Of a DNA stretch of 64,000 bases, positions 49,480 to 59,850 are shown in pieces. The DNA is taken from contig JBEOJY010000005.1 of the NCBI GenBank assembly GCA_040275305.1, forward strand, positions 393-64,392. The letters are read 5' to 3'. Origin of the DNA: Bdellovibrionales bacterium. Lineage in GTDB: Bacteria; Pseudomonadota; Alphaproteobacteria; UBA9219. The position numbers and the translations under genes are program-made. The notes under the pieces are model-generated. The model was given only the letters and a program-made list of their open reading frames with translations, searched no databases and was not told the DNA's origin. Each line of letters opens with the position of its first letter. The first letter of the stretch is position 1.

Positions 49480-52436
49480 TGTCGGAGGCCGCGCGCAAGA
49501 GTCTTTACACCATCGCGCCCGGCTTGCCGTTCGTGGATGAGCTTGCGCGCGGTTTGTGGGCGCAGGCGCAAGTCGGGCCTTTCGGCCTTTCCGATATGCG
49601 CGTGTTTTTACCGACGCGCCGCGCGTGTTTGCATTTGCGCGAGGCGTTTTTGCGGCTGCCGGATTGCCATGGCGCGATTTTGCTTCCGCGTTTACAGCCT
49701 TTGGGCGATATCGACGACGACGAGGCGCTTTTTACGGGCTATGCCAATTCCGGCGATTTGGCGCTTCCGCCAGCTATCGCGCCGTTACGCAGGCTGATGT
49801 TGCTCGCGCGTTTGGCGCAGAAGAAAGAAGTCGGCATGACTTGCGATCAGGCGGCGTTGCTGGCCGGGGCGCTTGCGTCGTTTCTGGACGAAGCGCACAT
49901 CGCGCGGGCGGATTTCACGAAATTGCCTGCGTTGGTCGAAGAACAGGAACTTGCCGGGCACTGGATCGAGACGGTGCGGTTTCTTGAGATTCTTACCCAT
50001 GAATGGCCGCGCATTTTGGAACAGGAAGGCTGCCTTGATCCGGTCGAGCGACGTAATCGCGCCATGGATCTGCAGATCGCGGCGTGGAAGACCGAGCCTC
50101 CGCGTCATCCCGTGATTGCGGCGGGTTCGACAGGAAGCATGCCGTCCACGGCGCTGTTTCTCGGCGCTGTCGCATCCTTGCCGCAAGGTTCGGTTGTGCT
50201 GCCGGGGCTTGACGCGTCGCTTGATCACGAGTCGTGGCAGGCGATTGGGCCGATGCATCCGCAATACGGCATGAAGAATTTGCTTGAAGCCATGGATGTG
50301 GAGCGCGGAGAGGTGAGGCCGTGGAGCGCTTCTGAGGGAGGCGCGTGGCGGCAGGACAGTCCGCGTTACCTTCTGCTGCGCGAGACGATGCGTCCGGCAG
50401 AGGTCACCGAGAAATGGCGCGAACTGAACATCGAGTCAATTCCGCCGGACGCGCTTGCGCCTTTAAAGCGGATCGAGGTCGATCATCCGCAGGAGGAGGC
50501 GCAGGTCATCGCGCTGATGCTGCGCGAGACGCTTGAGCATCCGGAGCGAACGGCGGCGCTGGTGACGCCGGATCGCGGTCTTGCGCGTCGCGTCGCGTCG
50601 CTGCTTGCGCGGTGGGGGATCGAGGCGAACGATTCCGCCGGGGCATCGTTGTCGGATCACCAGATCGGGAGCTTTCTTTCCTGTTTGCTCGCGGCGGCGA
50701 AGCCCGACGCGGAGGCCGTCGCGTGGCTTTCTTTGCTTAAACATCCGTTGTGCGGCTGTGGCGTGGAATTGCCTGTATGCCGCAAGCGCGCTCGCGAGAT
50801 CGAGTTGGCCGTATGGAGGGCTGAAAAGCCTTCCGCCTTTCCGTGGCTTGAGACATTGCGCGAGATGATGCGCGGCTTGACGGCTTTTTGGGCCGAGGAG
50901 GTTCCGCTTGCGCAAAGGATCGCCGAGCATGTGCGCGTGGCGGAACTGTTCGCGGCTACTGCGGATGAGGATGGCGCCGCGCGGCTGTGGAAAGGCGAGG
51001 CGGGCGAGGTTTCGGCTTTGTGGCTCGACGAGTGGCGCGAGGCGGCGCATGATTTCCCAGCGCTCGATGGCGAGTCGTATCGCAATTTGTGCGATCATTT
51101 GCTGCGCCAGCAGACCGTACGTTCGCGTTATGGCTGGCATCCAAGGCTTGCCATCATGGGGCCACTGGAGGCGCGGCTCATTCATTTTGATCGCGTGATT
51201 CTTGGCGGGCTTAATGAGGGCGTATGGCCTGCCGAGGTGCCTGCCGATCCGTGGATGTCGCGTCCGATGAAGCGGCGTTTTGGTCTGCCTTCGGCTGACT
51301 TTCGGATCGGCCTTGCCGCGCATGATTTTACGCAGCTTGTGTGCGGCGCTGCGGAAGTCGTTTTGACTCGCGCTCGGCGCGACGGCTCTTCGCCAACCGT
51401 TCCTTCGCGATTTTTGATGCAACTCGATGCGGTTCTGCGCGCGGCCGGAGCGTCGAAAGATGGACAGGACGCATTGGCGGCGCCTGAGCCGTGGCAGGTC
51501 TGGGCCGGGCTTCTCGACAGGCCGCGCGACGGCGTGATCCGTCCGTGCGCTCCGCCGGAACCTCGTCCGCCCGTCGCGCAGCGGCCATGCAGGGTTCGCG
51601 TCACCAAGATTGGCGCATGGCTGCGCAATCCTTATGCGATTTATGCCGAATATATCCTGAAGCTGAAGCCGCTGGAACCTCTTGACGGAATGGTCGGCGA
51701 GGCCGAGCGCGGGACGGCTATTCACGAGGCCTTAGAGAGGTTCGTCGCGGACTGGCCCGACGTCGCGCCGGATCAGACAGAGCGGGCTTTGCGGAGGCTT
51801 TTGGAGATCGGGCATGAGGTGTTTGCCGCATATTCTTCCGTCCATCCTCATGTCGCCGCGTTCTGGTGGCCGCGCTTTGGTCGCGCGGCGCGGCAGTTCA
51901 TCGCGTGGCAGATCGAGCGGCGCCAAAGGGGAACGCGCGTGTTGCGGGTTGAGGCTGCCGGGACGCTTCATGTCGGCGGACTTGATCTTACGGGGCGCGC
52001 GGATCGGATCGACAGGCTTGAGGATGGGGCGCTTGCAATTCTCGATTACAAGTCGGGACGGGCTCCTACCAAGGATTCTGTGAGGAAGGGATGGGAGCCG
52101 CAGTTGCCGTTGCTTGCCTTGATGGCGGCGGAGGGAAGTTTCGGCGATTTGGGCCATGGTTCCGGCGGCGGGGCGCTTTGCGTCGAAGAGTTGGCTTACT
52201 GGCAGTTGGGAGGAGGGCGCGGCGTGGGCAAGGAGGTCGAGTTTTCCGGCGAAGAGGTTCCGCGATTAATGGATGAGGCAAAGGAAAATTTGCTGAAGCT
52301 GACGCATGCCTATGCCGATCAACAGATGCCTTATCGCGCGACGCCTAAACCCGGATATGCGCTGCGTTACGACGACTACGGGCATCTCGCGCGCGTGTCG
52401 GAATGGAGCAGGTCGGCGTGGGAGGATGCGTCATGA
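49479..52436 (+). CDS. addB: Double-strand break repair protein AddB
   Basis: LPTRRA, AGSTGS, LPGLD, VTPDR, GLNEGVWP, NPYAIYA, GRADRID and DYKSG motifs. Confidence 0.93.
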   Translation: MSEAARKSLYTIAPGLPFVDELARGLWAQAQVGPFGLSDMRVFLPTRRACLHLREAFLRLPDCHGAILLPRLQPLGDIDDDEALFTGYANSGDLALPPAIAPLRRLMLLARLAQKKEVGMTCDQAALLAGALASFLDEAHIARADFTKLPALVEEQELAGHWIETVRFLEILTHEWPRILEQEGCLDPVERRNRAMDLQIAAWKTEPPRHPVIAAGSTGSMPSTALFLGAVASLPQGSVVLPGLDASLDHESWQAIGPMHPQYGMKNLLEAMDVERGEVRPWSASEGGAWRQDSPRYLLLRETMRPAEVTEKWRELNIESIPPDALAPLKRIEVDHPQEEAQVIALMLRETLEHPERTAALVTPDRGLARRVASLLARWGIEANDSAGASLSDHQIGSFLSCLLAAAKPDAEAVAWLSLLKHPLCGCGVELPVCRKRAREIELAVWRAEKPSAFPWLETLREMMRGLTAFWAEEVPLAQRIAEHVRVAELFAATADEDGAARLWKGEAGEVSALWLDEWREAAHDFPALDGESYRNLCDHLLRQQTVRSRYGWHPRLAIMGPLEARLIHFDRVILGGLNEGVWPAEVPADPWMSRPMKRRFGLPSADFRIGLAAHDFTQLVCGAAEVVLTRARRDGSSPTVPSRFLMQLDAVLRAAGASKDGQDALAAPEPWQVWAGLLDRPRDGVIRPCAPPEPRPPVAQRPCRVRVTKIGAWLRNPYAIYAEYILKLKPLEPLDGMVGEAERGTAIHEALERFVADWPDVAPDQTERALRRLLEIGHEVFAAYSSVHPHVAAFWWPRFGRAARQFIAWQIERRQRGTRVLRVEAAGTLHVGGLDLTGRADRIDRLEDGALAILDYKSGRAPTKDSVRKGWEPQLPLLALMAAEGSFGDLGHGSGGGALCVEELAYWQLGGGRGVGKEVEFSGEEVPRLMDEAKENLLKLTHAYADQQMPYRATPKPGYALRYDDYGHLARVSEWSRSAWEDAS

Positions 52437-55400
52437 ACGCTTCCTTTTCCGCGCAGGCGTTCGCGTCTTCGTCTTCGCGCGAAGACGAAGGCGAGAATCC
52501 CAATCTTTTGCAATGGCGCGCCTCTTCGCCGCAGGATTCCGTTTGGGTGAACGCTTCGGCGGGTTCCGGTAAGACGACGGTTCTGGCCAAGCGCGTGCTG
52601 AGATTGCTGCTTTCCGGCGTGCGGCCTGAGAGGGTTTTGTGCCTGACCTATACCAAGGCGGCGGCGGCGGAAATGTCGATCCGCGTGATGCAGCGTTTGG
52701 GGCTTTGGGCTTCGATCGACGATAATGCCTTGAACGAGGAATTGTCGAAGCTTGAGAACGCGCCGCCGACGCCTGAGCAGATGACGAACGCGCGGCGGCT
52801 TTTCGCGCGGGCGCTTGGTTGCCCCGGAGGGCTGCGCATTCGCACGATCCATTCCTTTGCGCAGGATGTCTTGCGACGGTTCCCGGTCGAGGCGGGCGTG
52901 CCGCCGCATTTCGCCGTGATGGACGAAAGCGATGCGCGGGCGATGCAGGACGAGGCGCTGATGGACGTGTTGCGTTCCGCTTCGCTTGATGCGCTTGATG
53001 GGGTGGCGTTGGAGGGTATGCAGGAGAGCGAAGATTTTCCGGGCGGTTTTTCTGAAGATTTGCGCGGCGCGTTACGCTTCTTGATCGTCGAACTTGGAGA
53101 ACGCGGGTTTTTTCAAGCGATGCGCGACGCTTTGAGCGAGCGCGATCGGCTGCGCCGCGAAGTCGAGGAGTCGGGAGGAGTCGCGGGGTATATCGAGCGC
53201 CTTCGCGCGAGGCTTGGGATTTCGGCGGAGGAATCTCGCGCGAGTTTTCTTGTTGTCGCAGCGTCGGCTCCGTCGCTGCCGGAAGAGGATTTACGCGAGG
53301 CGGCGCGGTTGGTGGCGCGTGGCGATACGCCAAGTTATGCCGAACGCGCGGAAAGGATTCTTGCTTGGCTTGAACTAGCCCCGGACATGCGGGCGCAACC
53401 GGAGGCGTTTGAGTCCTATCGCAGGTGTTTTCTTAAGCAGGATGGCGAGATTTATGGTGGGCAGAAGCCCAAATTGTGCGGCAAGAAGCTGGGGCTGGCG
53501 CATCCTGATCTGGAGCCTGTTTTGTTGCGCGAAGCGGAACGGCTGCAAGCGCTCGATGAACGACTTGAGGCGTTCGAGACTTCGACGATGGCCGAGGCCG
53601 TGCTTGTGTCGGCTTTGGCGTTGATCGGCAGGTACGAGGCGCGCAAGGCTTCGCGCGCGGCGCTTGATTATGACGATCTGATTGCCAAGGTCGCGGCGCT
53701 GCTGAGGGAGGAAGGGAACGCCGCGTGGGTGCTCTATAAGCTCGATGGCGGGTTGGACCATATCCTGCTGGACGAAGCGCAGGATACGAGCCGTTTGCAA
53801 TGGGAAATCGTTTCAGGGCTGACGCAGGAATTTTTTGCCGGTGAAGGGGCGGGGCGCGACGGGAACTCGCGCACGTTGTTCGTGGTCGGCGACGAAAAGC
53901 AATCTATCTTCAGTTTTCAGAAAGCCGATCCGGAATCTTTCGCAAGAATGCGCGGCTATTTTGCCCGGCGCGTCGGCGAGTCCGGGAAGGTCTTCTCCGA
54001 GATTCCCATGCGTGTGTCGTTTCGTTCGGCTCCGGCGGTTTTGGACGCGGTGGATAAGACGTTCGCGAGCGAGGAGGCGCGGGCAGGCGTTTCGGTTCCT
54101 CCCGTTCGGCACGAGTCGTTTCAACGCGGCAAGCTGTTCGGGCATGTCGAGATTTGGCCGCTTTTGCGTTCGCCGCGCGAGGAGAAGAAAGGGCAAGAAG
54201 GCGGCGCTTGGGAACTTTCCGACAAGTACGAGGACGTGAACGATCCGCAGGTCAGTTTGTCCGAGCGTATCGCCGCGACCATCGAGGGTATGTTGGCGCG
54301 GCACGAGATTATGCCCGGCCTGTCGCGTCCCGTGGCGCCGGGCGATATCATGATCCTTGTGCGCCAGCGCGGAAATTTCGCGGGCACGATGGTCAAGGCG
54401 CTTAAAAGGCGGCGCATTCCGGTGATGGGCGTGGATCGCATGCGCTTGTCGGAACAGCTTGCGGTCAAGGATGTTTTGGCGCTGGCCGCTTTCGCGTTGT
54501 TGCCGGAAGACGATCTTACGCTGGCGACGGTGTTGAAGGGGCCGTTGGTCGGGTTGAGCGAAGATCATCTGATGGAACTGGCGACGGGGCGCGAGGGGAG
54601 TTTATGGAAGCGCTTGGGCCTGTTCGCACAGGAAAGGATCGGCGAGCCTGTTTGGGGAAGGGCGCAGGCCTATCTTATGCGCTGGCTCAACGCGGCAGAT
54701 ATGATGACGCCGTTTTCGATGATTTCTGGCGTATTAAACGGAGTTTGTCCCGCCAGCGATCTCAGCGGAAGGCAGGCTTTGTGGACGCGGCTTGGGCCGG
54801 ACGCGCTTGATCCGCTCGACGAATTGTTGAACGCGGCGCTCCATGACAGCCGCCAGCATATGCCGTCCTTGCAAGGATTTTTGCAGCGCTTTGCCGCGAA
54901 TCAGGGCGAGATCAAGCGCGAGATGGACAAAGGCGGCGGCGGGACCGAGGGTGGCGGACAAGTGCGGATCATGACCGTGCATGCTTCGAAGGGGCTTGAG
55001 GCTCCGATCGTGTTTTTGCCGGATTGCGGGCAAGTTCCATCTCCGCAAAATCTGCCAAAATGGCATTGGGACGAGGCGGAGGGGACGTTTTTCTATCTGC
55101 CACGCAAGCCGCGTTCGGGGCCAGCGCTTGCGGCTTATGCGCTCGCGGGACAAAGGCAGCAGGAGGAGTATAAGAGGTTGCTTTACGTCGCGCTGACGCG
55201 GGCCGCCAACAGGCTTTATGTCGCAGGGTGGGAATCTGACAAGAAGGGGCAGGGGGCGAGTTGGCACGAGCTGGCGCGGCGCGCGCTCGTCGTGGAAGAG
55301 GGGGATGGGGGGGGGGCTAGCGCTGCTTCGGAAGATCCCGCCCAGCCCTTTTATCCTTTGGCGACCTTGTCCGACCCTCTTCCCGACGATTGGAACGGCG

Positions 55401-56044
55401 TGGCCAAGACTTCAAGCTCCGAGACGAAGCGCGCGCCGGAACAGTTACCAGAATTGCCATTGTGGGCGGTGGTCGCTCCGGAACCGGAAGCGCAGGAAGA
55501 ACGGCTTCTGGCTCCATCGCGGCAGGCGCAGCCGCAAGAGATTCCGATTCCTCCGGCGGCGGCGACGCCTGACGCGCTTTTCGCTCGCGGGAAGATTATT
55601 CACCGTTTGTTGCAAAGCCTGCCCGATTTGCCTGAGGCGCGGCGCGAGGAGGTTGCGCGGCAGTTTCTTGCTAATCCTCGTCATCGGTTGTCGGAGGCCC
55701 AGCAGGACGAGGTCAGGGGCGAGGTGATGGCGATTTTGAGCCATACGGAATTCGCGCCGTTGTTCGGGGAGGGGAGCCGGGCGGAAGTCCCGATAGCGGG
55801 ACAGCTTGCCGACGGTTCGCGTTGGTCGGGGCAGATTGATCGCTTGTGCTTGCGCGACGGGGCGGTTTGGGTGGTCGATTACAAGACCAATCGGCCACCA
55901 CCGCGCGATCCGCGCGATATTCCCGCCGTTTATGCCGCCCAGATGAAGGCTTATCGCGCGTTGTTGCAGGAGGTCTATCCGGGGCGGCAGGTGCGATGCT
56001 TCTTGCTTTGGACCTATGGGCCACGCATGATGGAATTGCATTAG
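52433..56044 (+). CDS. addA: Double-strand break repair helicase-nuclease AddA
   Basis: ASAGSGKT, LTYTKAAA, TIHSF, DEAQD, VGDEKQSIF, TVHASKGLE, YVALTRA and DYKTN motifs. Confidence 0.95.
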   Translation: MNASFSAQAFASSSSREDEGENPNLLQWRASSPQDSVWVNASAGSGKTTVLAKRVLRLLLSGVRPERVLCLTYTKAAAAEMSIRVMQRLGLWASIDDNALNEELSKLENAPPTPEQMTNARRLFARALGCPGGLRIRTIHSFAQDVLRRFPVEAGVPPHFAVMDESDARAMQDEALMDVLRSASLDALDGVALEGMQESEDFPGGFSEDLRGALRFLIVELGERGFFQAMRDALSERDRLRREVEESGGVAGYIERLRARLGISAEESRASFLVVAASAPSLPEEDLREAARLVARGDTPSYAERAERILAWLELAPDMRAQPEAFESYRRCFLKQDGEIYGGQKPKLCGKKLGLAHPDLEPVLLREAERLQALDERLEAFETSTMAEAVLVSALALIGRYEARKASRAALDYDDLIAKVAALLREEGNAAWVLYKLDGGLDHILLDEAQDTSRLQWEIVSGLTQEFFAGEGAGRDGNSRTLFVVGDEKQSIFSFQKADPESFARMRGYFARRVGESGKVFSEIPMRVSFRSAPAVLDAVDKTFASEEARAGVSVPPVRHESFQRGKLFGHVEIWPLLRSPREEKKGQEGGAWELSDKYEDVNDPQVSLSERIAATIEGMLARHEIMPGLSRPVAPGDIMILVRQRGNFAGTMVKALKRRRIPVMGVDRMRLSEQLAVKDVLALAAFALLPEDDLTLATVLKGPLVGLSEDHLMELATGREGSLWKRLGLFAQERIGEPVWGRAQAYLMRWLNAADMMTPFSMISGVLNGVCPASDLSGRQALWTRLGPDALDPLDELLNAALHDSRQHMPSLQGFLQRFAANQGEIKREMDKGGGGTEGGGQVRIMTVHASKGLEAPIVFLPDCGQVPSPQNLPKWHWDEAEGTFFYLPRKPRSGPALAAYALAGQRQQEEYKRLLYVALTRAANRLYVAGWESDKKGQGASWHELARRALVVEEGDGGGASAASEDPAQPFYPLATLSDPLPDDWNGVAKTSSSETKRAPEQLPELPLWAVVAPEPEAQEERLLAPSRQAQPQEIPIPPAAATPDALFARGKIIHRLLQSLPDLPEARREEVARQFLANPRHRLSEAQQDEVRGEVMAILSHTEFAPLFGEGSRAEVPIAGQLADGSRWSGQIDRLCLRDGAVWVVDYKTNRPPPRDPRDIPAVYAAQMKAYRALLQEVYPGRQVRCFLLWTYGPRMMELH

Positions 56045-56340
56045 CAGTCTGCTGAAAAACCTATCGGGAAGATATACCCCTCGCAATTGAAGAGTTGGGA
56101 TAAGGTTTAGCCGTTGGCGCGGCGCAGTCCCCTCCCCCTCGTGGGGAGGGTTAGGGAGGGGGGGCACGCCGCAAGCGCATGATTCCCAAAGTCGGAAAAG
56201 CCTTGCGGGAGGCCTGTTCTGTCAAAGACACATATCGGGACCGCCGATGGCCCCCCTCCCTAACCCTCCCCACGAGGGGGAGGGGATCAGGCCGCGCTTT
56301 CTTCAGAATTGTTACCAACTCTTGATGCGTGATGGGTCCA
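56041..56340. mobile_element. Composite MITE remnant: family-B left end plus an element related to 4326-4550 with CCCCTC palindrome cargo
   Basis: ttagcagtctgctgaaaaac overlaps the addA stop; tatacccctcgcaattgaagagttgggataa at 56073 resembles 4328; inverted arms at 56128-56166 and 56245-56288. Confidence 0.6.
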
Positions 56341-56435
56341 GACCAAATAGCTGGGGGTGGCTGCTTGCTTTTTTGACAGCGCATCCCCAGATGAGTATGG
56401 TTCGTCATAAACTTTATGCATCAGGAGAACAGGTT

Positions 56436-56768
56436 ATGGGCGCAGCAACAAAACCAGTCAGCGACGATACGTTTGAGGCCGAGGTCTTGAAAGCCTCCCA
56501 GCCGGTTTTGGTCGATTTTTGGGCCGAATGGTGTGGGCCATGCCGCATGTTGGGGCCTGTTCTTGAGGAAGTGGCGGCGGAGCTTGGTGGTCAGGTGTCG
56601 GTGGTCAAGATGAACGTGGACGAGAATCCGAAGGCTCCGACGACCTATGGCATTCGTAGCATTCCGACTCTTATGCTGTTCAAAGGTGGGCAACTGGTGG
56701 CGACAAAGACCGGAGGAATGCCCAAGCCCGCGCTGGTCAGCTGGATTAAGGAGCAAGCGGGAGTTTAG
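56436..56768 (+). CDS. trxA: Thioredoxin
   Basis: DFWAEWCGPC, SIPTL; aggag RBS. Confidence 0.97.
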   Translation: MGAATKPVSDDTFEAEVLKASQPVLVDFWAEWCGPCRMLGPVLEEVAAELGGQVSVVKMNVDENPKAPTTYGIRSIPTLMLFKGGQLVATKTGGMPKPALVSWIKEQAGV

Positions 56769-56807
56769 CTCTCTCGTTTTCATTAACTATCATGGGGCGA
56801 AAGCTTC

Positions 56808-57917
56808 ATGCATCTGGCATTTATCGATATCGCAAGCGCCTATGGCGCGGATCGTCCCGATGAAGACGCGCCGCTTGGTGGCACGACTTCCGCCGTGTGT
56901 TTTCTGGCGCGAGAGATGGTCAAAGCTGGGATTGCTTGCACTTTCTTTAACAAGGTTGGCGAGCCGCTGGCTGCTTGCGGAATTCGGTCGTTGCCGCTTG
57001 AAGCGCTGGCCGACGAATGTTCCAATCCGGTTTATTCGGCTTTTGTGTTTTGCGGGCGCTGGACGGAATGGCTGGTTCGTCTGGTCGCTGGGGCGTCGCG
57101 CGCACCGGTGGTCGGCTGGATGCATGAAAGCCTTATGGGGACGGAATTTGTGCCTGCGTTGGACACTTTTCGCGGCATGGTGTTCGTCAGCGAATGGCAA
57201 AAGAAGGTCAATCAATCTTTTGTGGCTCCGTCCTGTCAGCAAATCGTGATCCGCAATGCGATGAATCCGGTTTTCGAGCGCTTGTTTGCGCCGGACGAGC
57301 CGACGTTGGCGGCCAAGGGGGGCGATGCGCCGATCATCTTTTATGTCGGGGCGACACCGCGCGGCGCGTTGCATATGCCGGGCGTCATCGCGCATTTGCA
57401 ACATAGACTGCCTGATTTTTCCGTGGAGATTTACAGTTCCTGCGCGCCGAGCCGCGATCCGGTCGAGAACGCGGCGTGTTTCGCGCGGATGCGGGCGCTT
57501 TCGCATGTTACGCATGTTGGGATGGTGGGACAGGCGGAGCTTGCCCAGCGGATGAAACGCGCGTCGATCATGGCGATGCCTAATCCGTGGCCGGAGACTT
57601 CGTGCATTGCTTTGATTGAGGCTATGGCCGCAGGATTGATGGTCGTCGCGACCGATAGGGCTGCGTTACCTGAGACGGCGGCAGGGTTTGCGCGGCATGT
57701 TCCTGTCGAAGACGCCGATCACCCGATCCGGTTCGATATGGAGATCCCATATGAGGCTTTTGCGGATGCAATCGCTTTGGAATGGAGGGAGCGCGTACGC
57801 AAGCCGGAAGAAAGGGAGCGCAGGCTTCGCGCGCAGATCGACGCGGTGGTTGCCAATTACCAGTGGCGGCATAGAGTCGCGCTGTGGACAAGCTTTCTGG
57901 CCGGATTATCTGGGTAA
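56808..57917 (+). CDS. Glycosyltransferase family 4
   Basis: PLGGT, FVSEWQ, ETSCIALIEAMAAG (Ex7E) motifs. Confidence 0.85.
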   Translation: MHLAFIDIASAYGADRPDEDAPLGGTTSAVCFLAREMVKAGIACTFFNKVGEPLAACGIRSLPLEALADECSNPVYSAFVFCGRWTEWLVRLVAGASRAPVVGWMHESLMGTEFVPALDTFRGMVFVSEWQKKVNQSFVAPSCQQIVIRNAMNPVFERLFAPDEPTLAAKGGDAPIIFYVGATPRGALHMPGVIAHLQHRLPDFSVEIYSSCAPSRDPVENAACFARMRALSHVTHVGMVGQAELAQRMKRASIMAMPNPWPETSCIALIEAMAAGLMVVATDRAALPETAAGFARHVPVEDADHPIRFDMEIPYEAFADAIALEWRERVRKPEERERRLRAQIDAVVANYQWRHRVALWTSFLAGLSG

Positions 57918-57926
57918 GCAGGGACG

Positions 57927-58064
57927 CATGCTACCCTACAGAGATGTGCATTGATATTGCAGGACAAATAAGCCACCAGCGTCATTCCGGCGCAAGCCGG
58001 AATGACGCGGGTGGCTAAGATAAGTTTTCTTATCAAACAATGGGTTAATGTGTAGGGTAGCGTG
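57927..58064. mobile_element. MITE family A, second copy with collapsed cargo
   Basis: TIRs catgctaccctaca / tgtagggtagcgtg; perfect 9-bp TSD gcagggacg at 57918-57926 and 58065-58073. Confidence 0.85.
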
Positions 58065-58074
58065 GCAGGGACGT

Positions 58075-58112
58075 AAAAAAAGCGCCGCAGAAACAGGTTT
58101 TGCGGCGCTTCT
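58075..58112 (-). terminator. Intrinsic terminator of the phasin gene (possibly bidirectional)
   Basis: A7 tract plus stem agcgccgcagaa / ttttgcggcgct. Confidence 0.75.
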
Positions 58113-58135
58113 TATCGCTATTGCGTTCGCTTTAA

Positions 58136-58585
58136 TTAGCCTGACTTCTTCATCATGCCACGTAGTTCTTCGATGCTTTCGTTCATGCGGCTGCTAACGG
58201 TTTCCAGCGCTTTGCTGTTGCATTTGCTGATCGTTTCCGCAATTTCGCGCGCATTCATGATGCATTTGTCGATCGCTACCTTGGACGCCTCGGCCTGTTT
58301 CACGACTTTTTCCTCGGGCGAGGGGCATGACATGATCGAGTTCATCAATGCCGTCGCTTCTTCAAGACCTTGGCGCACGACATCCGCCTGCTGGCGCGTG
58401 AGCGACTGCATGCTTTCGAAAGTCGCCTGATTGATGCTTGCGACTGTTTCGAGGTTTTTGCGAATCGTCGCCGAAATGACTTCATAGCTGATGGTCGGAA
58501 CCTTGAAATCGCTCAAAGTTTTTGAGAAATCCGCATATTTCGAGAAATTCGTTTCGAAGAAGGGGTTGGTGAGGGGCTGGGGCAT
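58136..58585 (-). CDS. phaP: Phasin (PHA granule protein)
   Basis: RKNLET...NQ, TRQQAD, NAREIAE, VSSRMNESIEELR pattern of alphaproteobacterial phasins; phaZ is in the same window. Confidence 0.8.
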   Translation of the reverse strand: MPQPLTNPFFETNFSKYADFSKTLSDFKVPTISYEVISATIRKNLETVASINQATFESMQSLTRQQADVVRQGLEEATALMNSIMSCPSPEEKVVKQAEASKVAIDKCIMNAREIAETISKCNSKALETVSSRMNESIEELRGMMKKSG

Positions 58586-58974
58586 CTATCTCTCCATAAG
58601 AGGTTACATAATTCCGGTATCAAAGAGTGGGAGGCAACGAACCCGGAAAACTACAACTGTCACAAGTGTCAGCATAGCCAATCAGCAGACGCAGGACTTC
58701 TATAACAAGAAGCATATGAGCTTGATTCGTTTGTTTGTCACGCTGATTTTACTGCTCATTTCCTTTGAATTACCTGAATATATGCGACTGTGGTGTTTGC
58801 AACACAACGTGTCCACTCTCTGGTATGAGCGATGGGGGGAAGCGATCCATTCGAGTATTGTCAATATCTTTGAGCGATCTAACTTTTCTGACGGATTAAC
58901 ATGAGGTATGTTCGGTTACTCGGCGCTTTCGCGTCTTCTGTTTTTTGCTCACCCCTTATCTGAATTTTTTGCAC

Positions 58975-59850
58975 ATGGCGCGCATTCGGCGGCATTCTCT
59001 TCGCGGCAGCGTGAGACAAAATGTCTCCGTGCGCATGTCCGCGCGCGGCAGGACGCGATTGGGCGCAATCATTGGATACGCGGTCGTGGGGGTATCCGCG
59101 TTGACGATCTTTGTGATTGCCCTGTGGCTGTGGCGGATCGGGTGGCCTCAACATCAGGTCGAGCGGACGCGGGACGCGCTGTTACGCGCTACTGCCGATG
59201 CGCGTTTCGCGGTCGGGGATATTGTCGTTGAAGGGCGTAGCCAACTGGATCGCGAGCAACTGTTGGACGTGTTGGGCCTGTCGCGCGGCGCGCCGATATT
59301 GGATTTTAATCCCGCTGCCGCGCGCGCACGGATTCTGGCTTTGCCGTGGGTTGCCGAAGTTCGGGTGGAGCGTAAGCTTCCCGATTCGGTTCGCGTCGTT
59401 CTTCAGGAACGCAAACCTTTGGCTCGTTGGCAATATAGTGGGCGCCTCAGCGTCATTGACGAGGAGGGACGGGAGTTGCAGGAGGCTAAACCGGAAGCGT
59501 TCGCCACATTGCCCTTGATCGTGGGCGCTGGCGCTCCTGAGGCCGCGCATGATTTGTTTGAAGCCTTGCGAAACCACCCGCGCGTATTGGAGCTTGTAAC
59601 GGCAGCGACGCGCGTGGGGGAAAGAAGATGGGATCTTTACCTGCAATCCGGCGTCGCGGTCAAGCTTCCGGAGGAAGGATTGTCGGCGGCGCTTTCGCGT
59701 CTGTCGGGAATCATCGAGAAAAAAACTCTTATCGAGCGAGAGGTTAAGGTAATCGACTTGCGTTTGACGGATCGTCTGATTATCCAGTCGGATGTCCCGG
59801 TCACGACCGATTCCTTTCCTCCTTCCCAGACCGGGGAAAATCGCCCATGA
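58975..59850 (+). CDS. ftsQ: Cell division protein FtsQ
   Basis: Single TM, POTRA domain (LPWVAEVRVERKLPD...ERKPLARWQ), RRWDL, IDLRLTDR. Confidence 0.92.
   Translation: MARIRRHSLRGSVRQNVSVRMSARGRTRLGAIIGYAVVGVSALTIFVIALWLWRIGWPQHQVERTRDALLRATADARFAVGDIVVEGRSQLDREQLLDVLGLSRGAPILDFNPAAARARILALPWVAEVRVERKLPDSVRVVLQERKPLARWQYSGRLSVIDEEGRELQEAKPEAFATLPLIVGAGAPEAAHDLFEALRNHPRVLELVTAATRVGERRWDLYLQSGVAVKLPEEGLSAALSRLSGIIEKKTLIEREVKVIDLRLTDRLIIQSDVPVTTDSFPPSQTGENRP

Noticed and set aside
56247-56435. N-terminal extension of thioredoxin
   Set aside because: Read-through of repeat DNA; the RBS supports a start at 56436.
58870-58905. Possible CtrA site upstream of ftsQ
   Set aside because: Only a TTAAC half-site; spacing does not fit TTAA-N7-TTAA.
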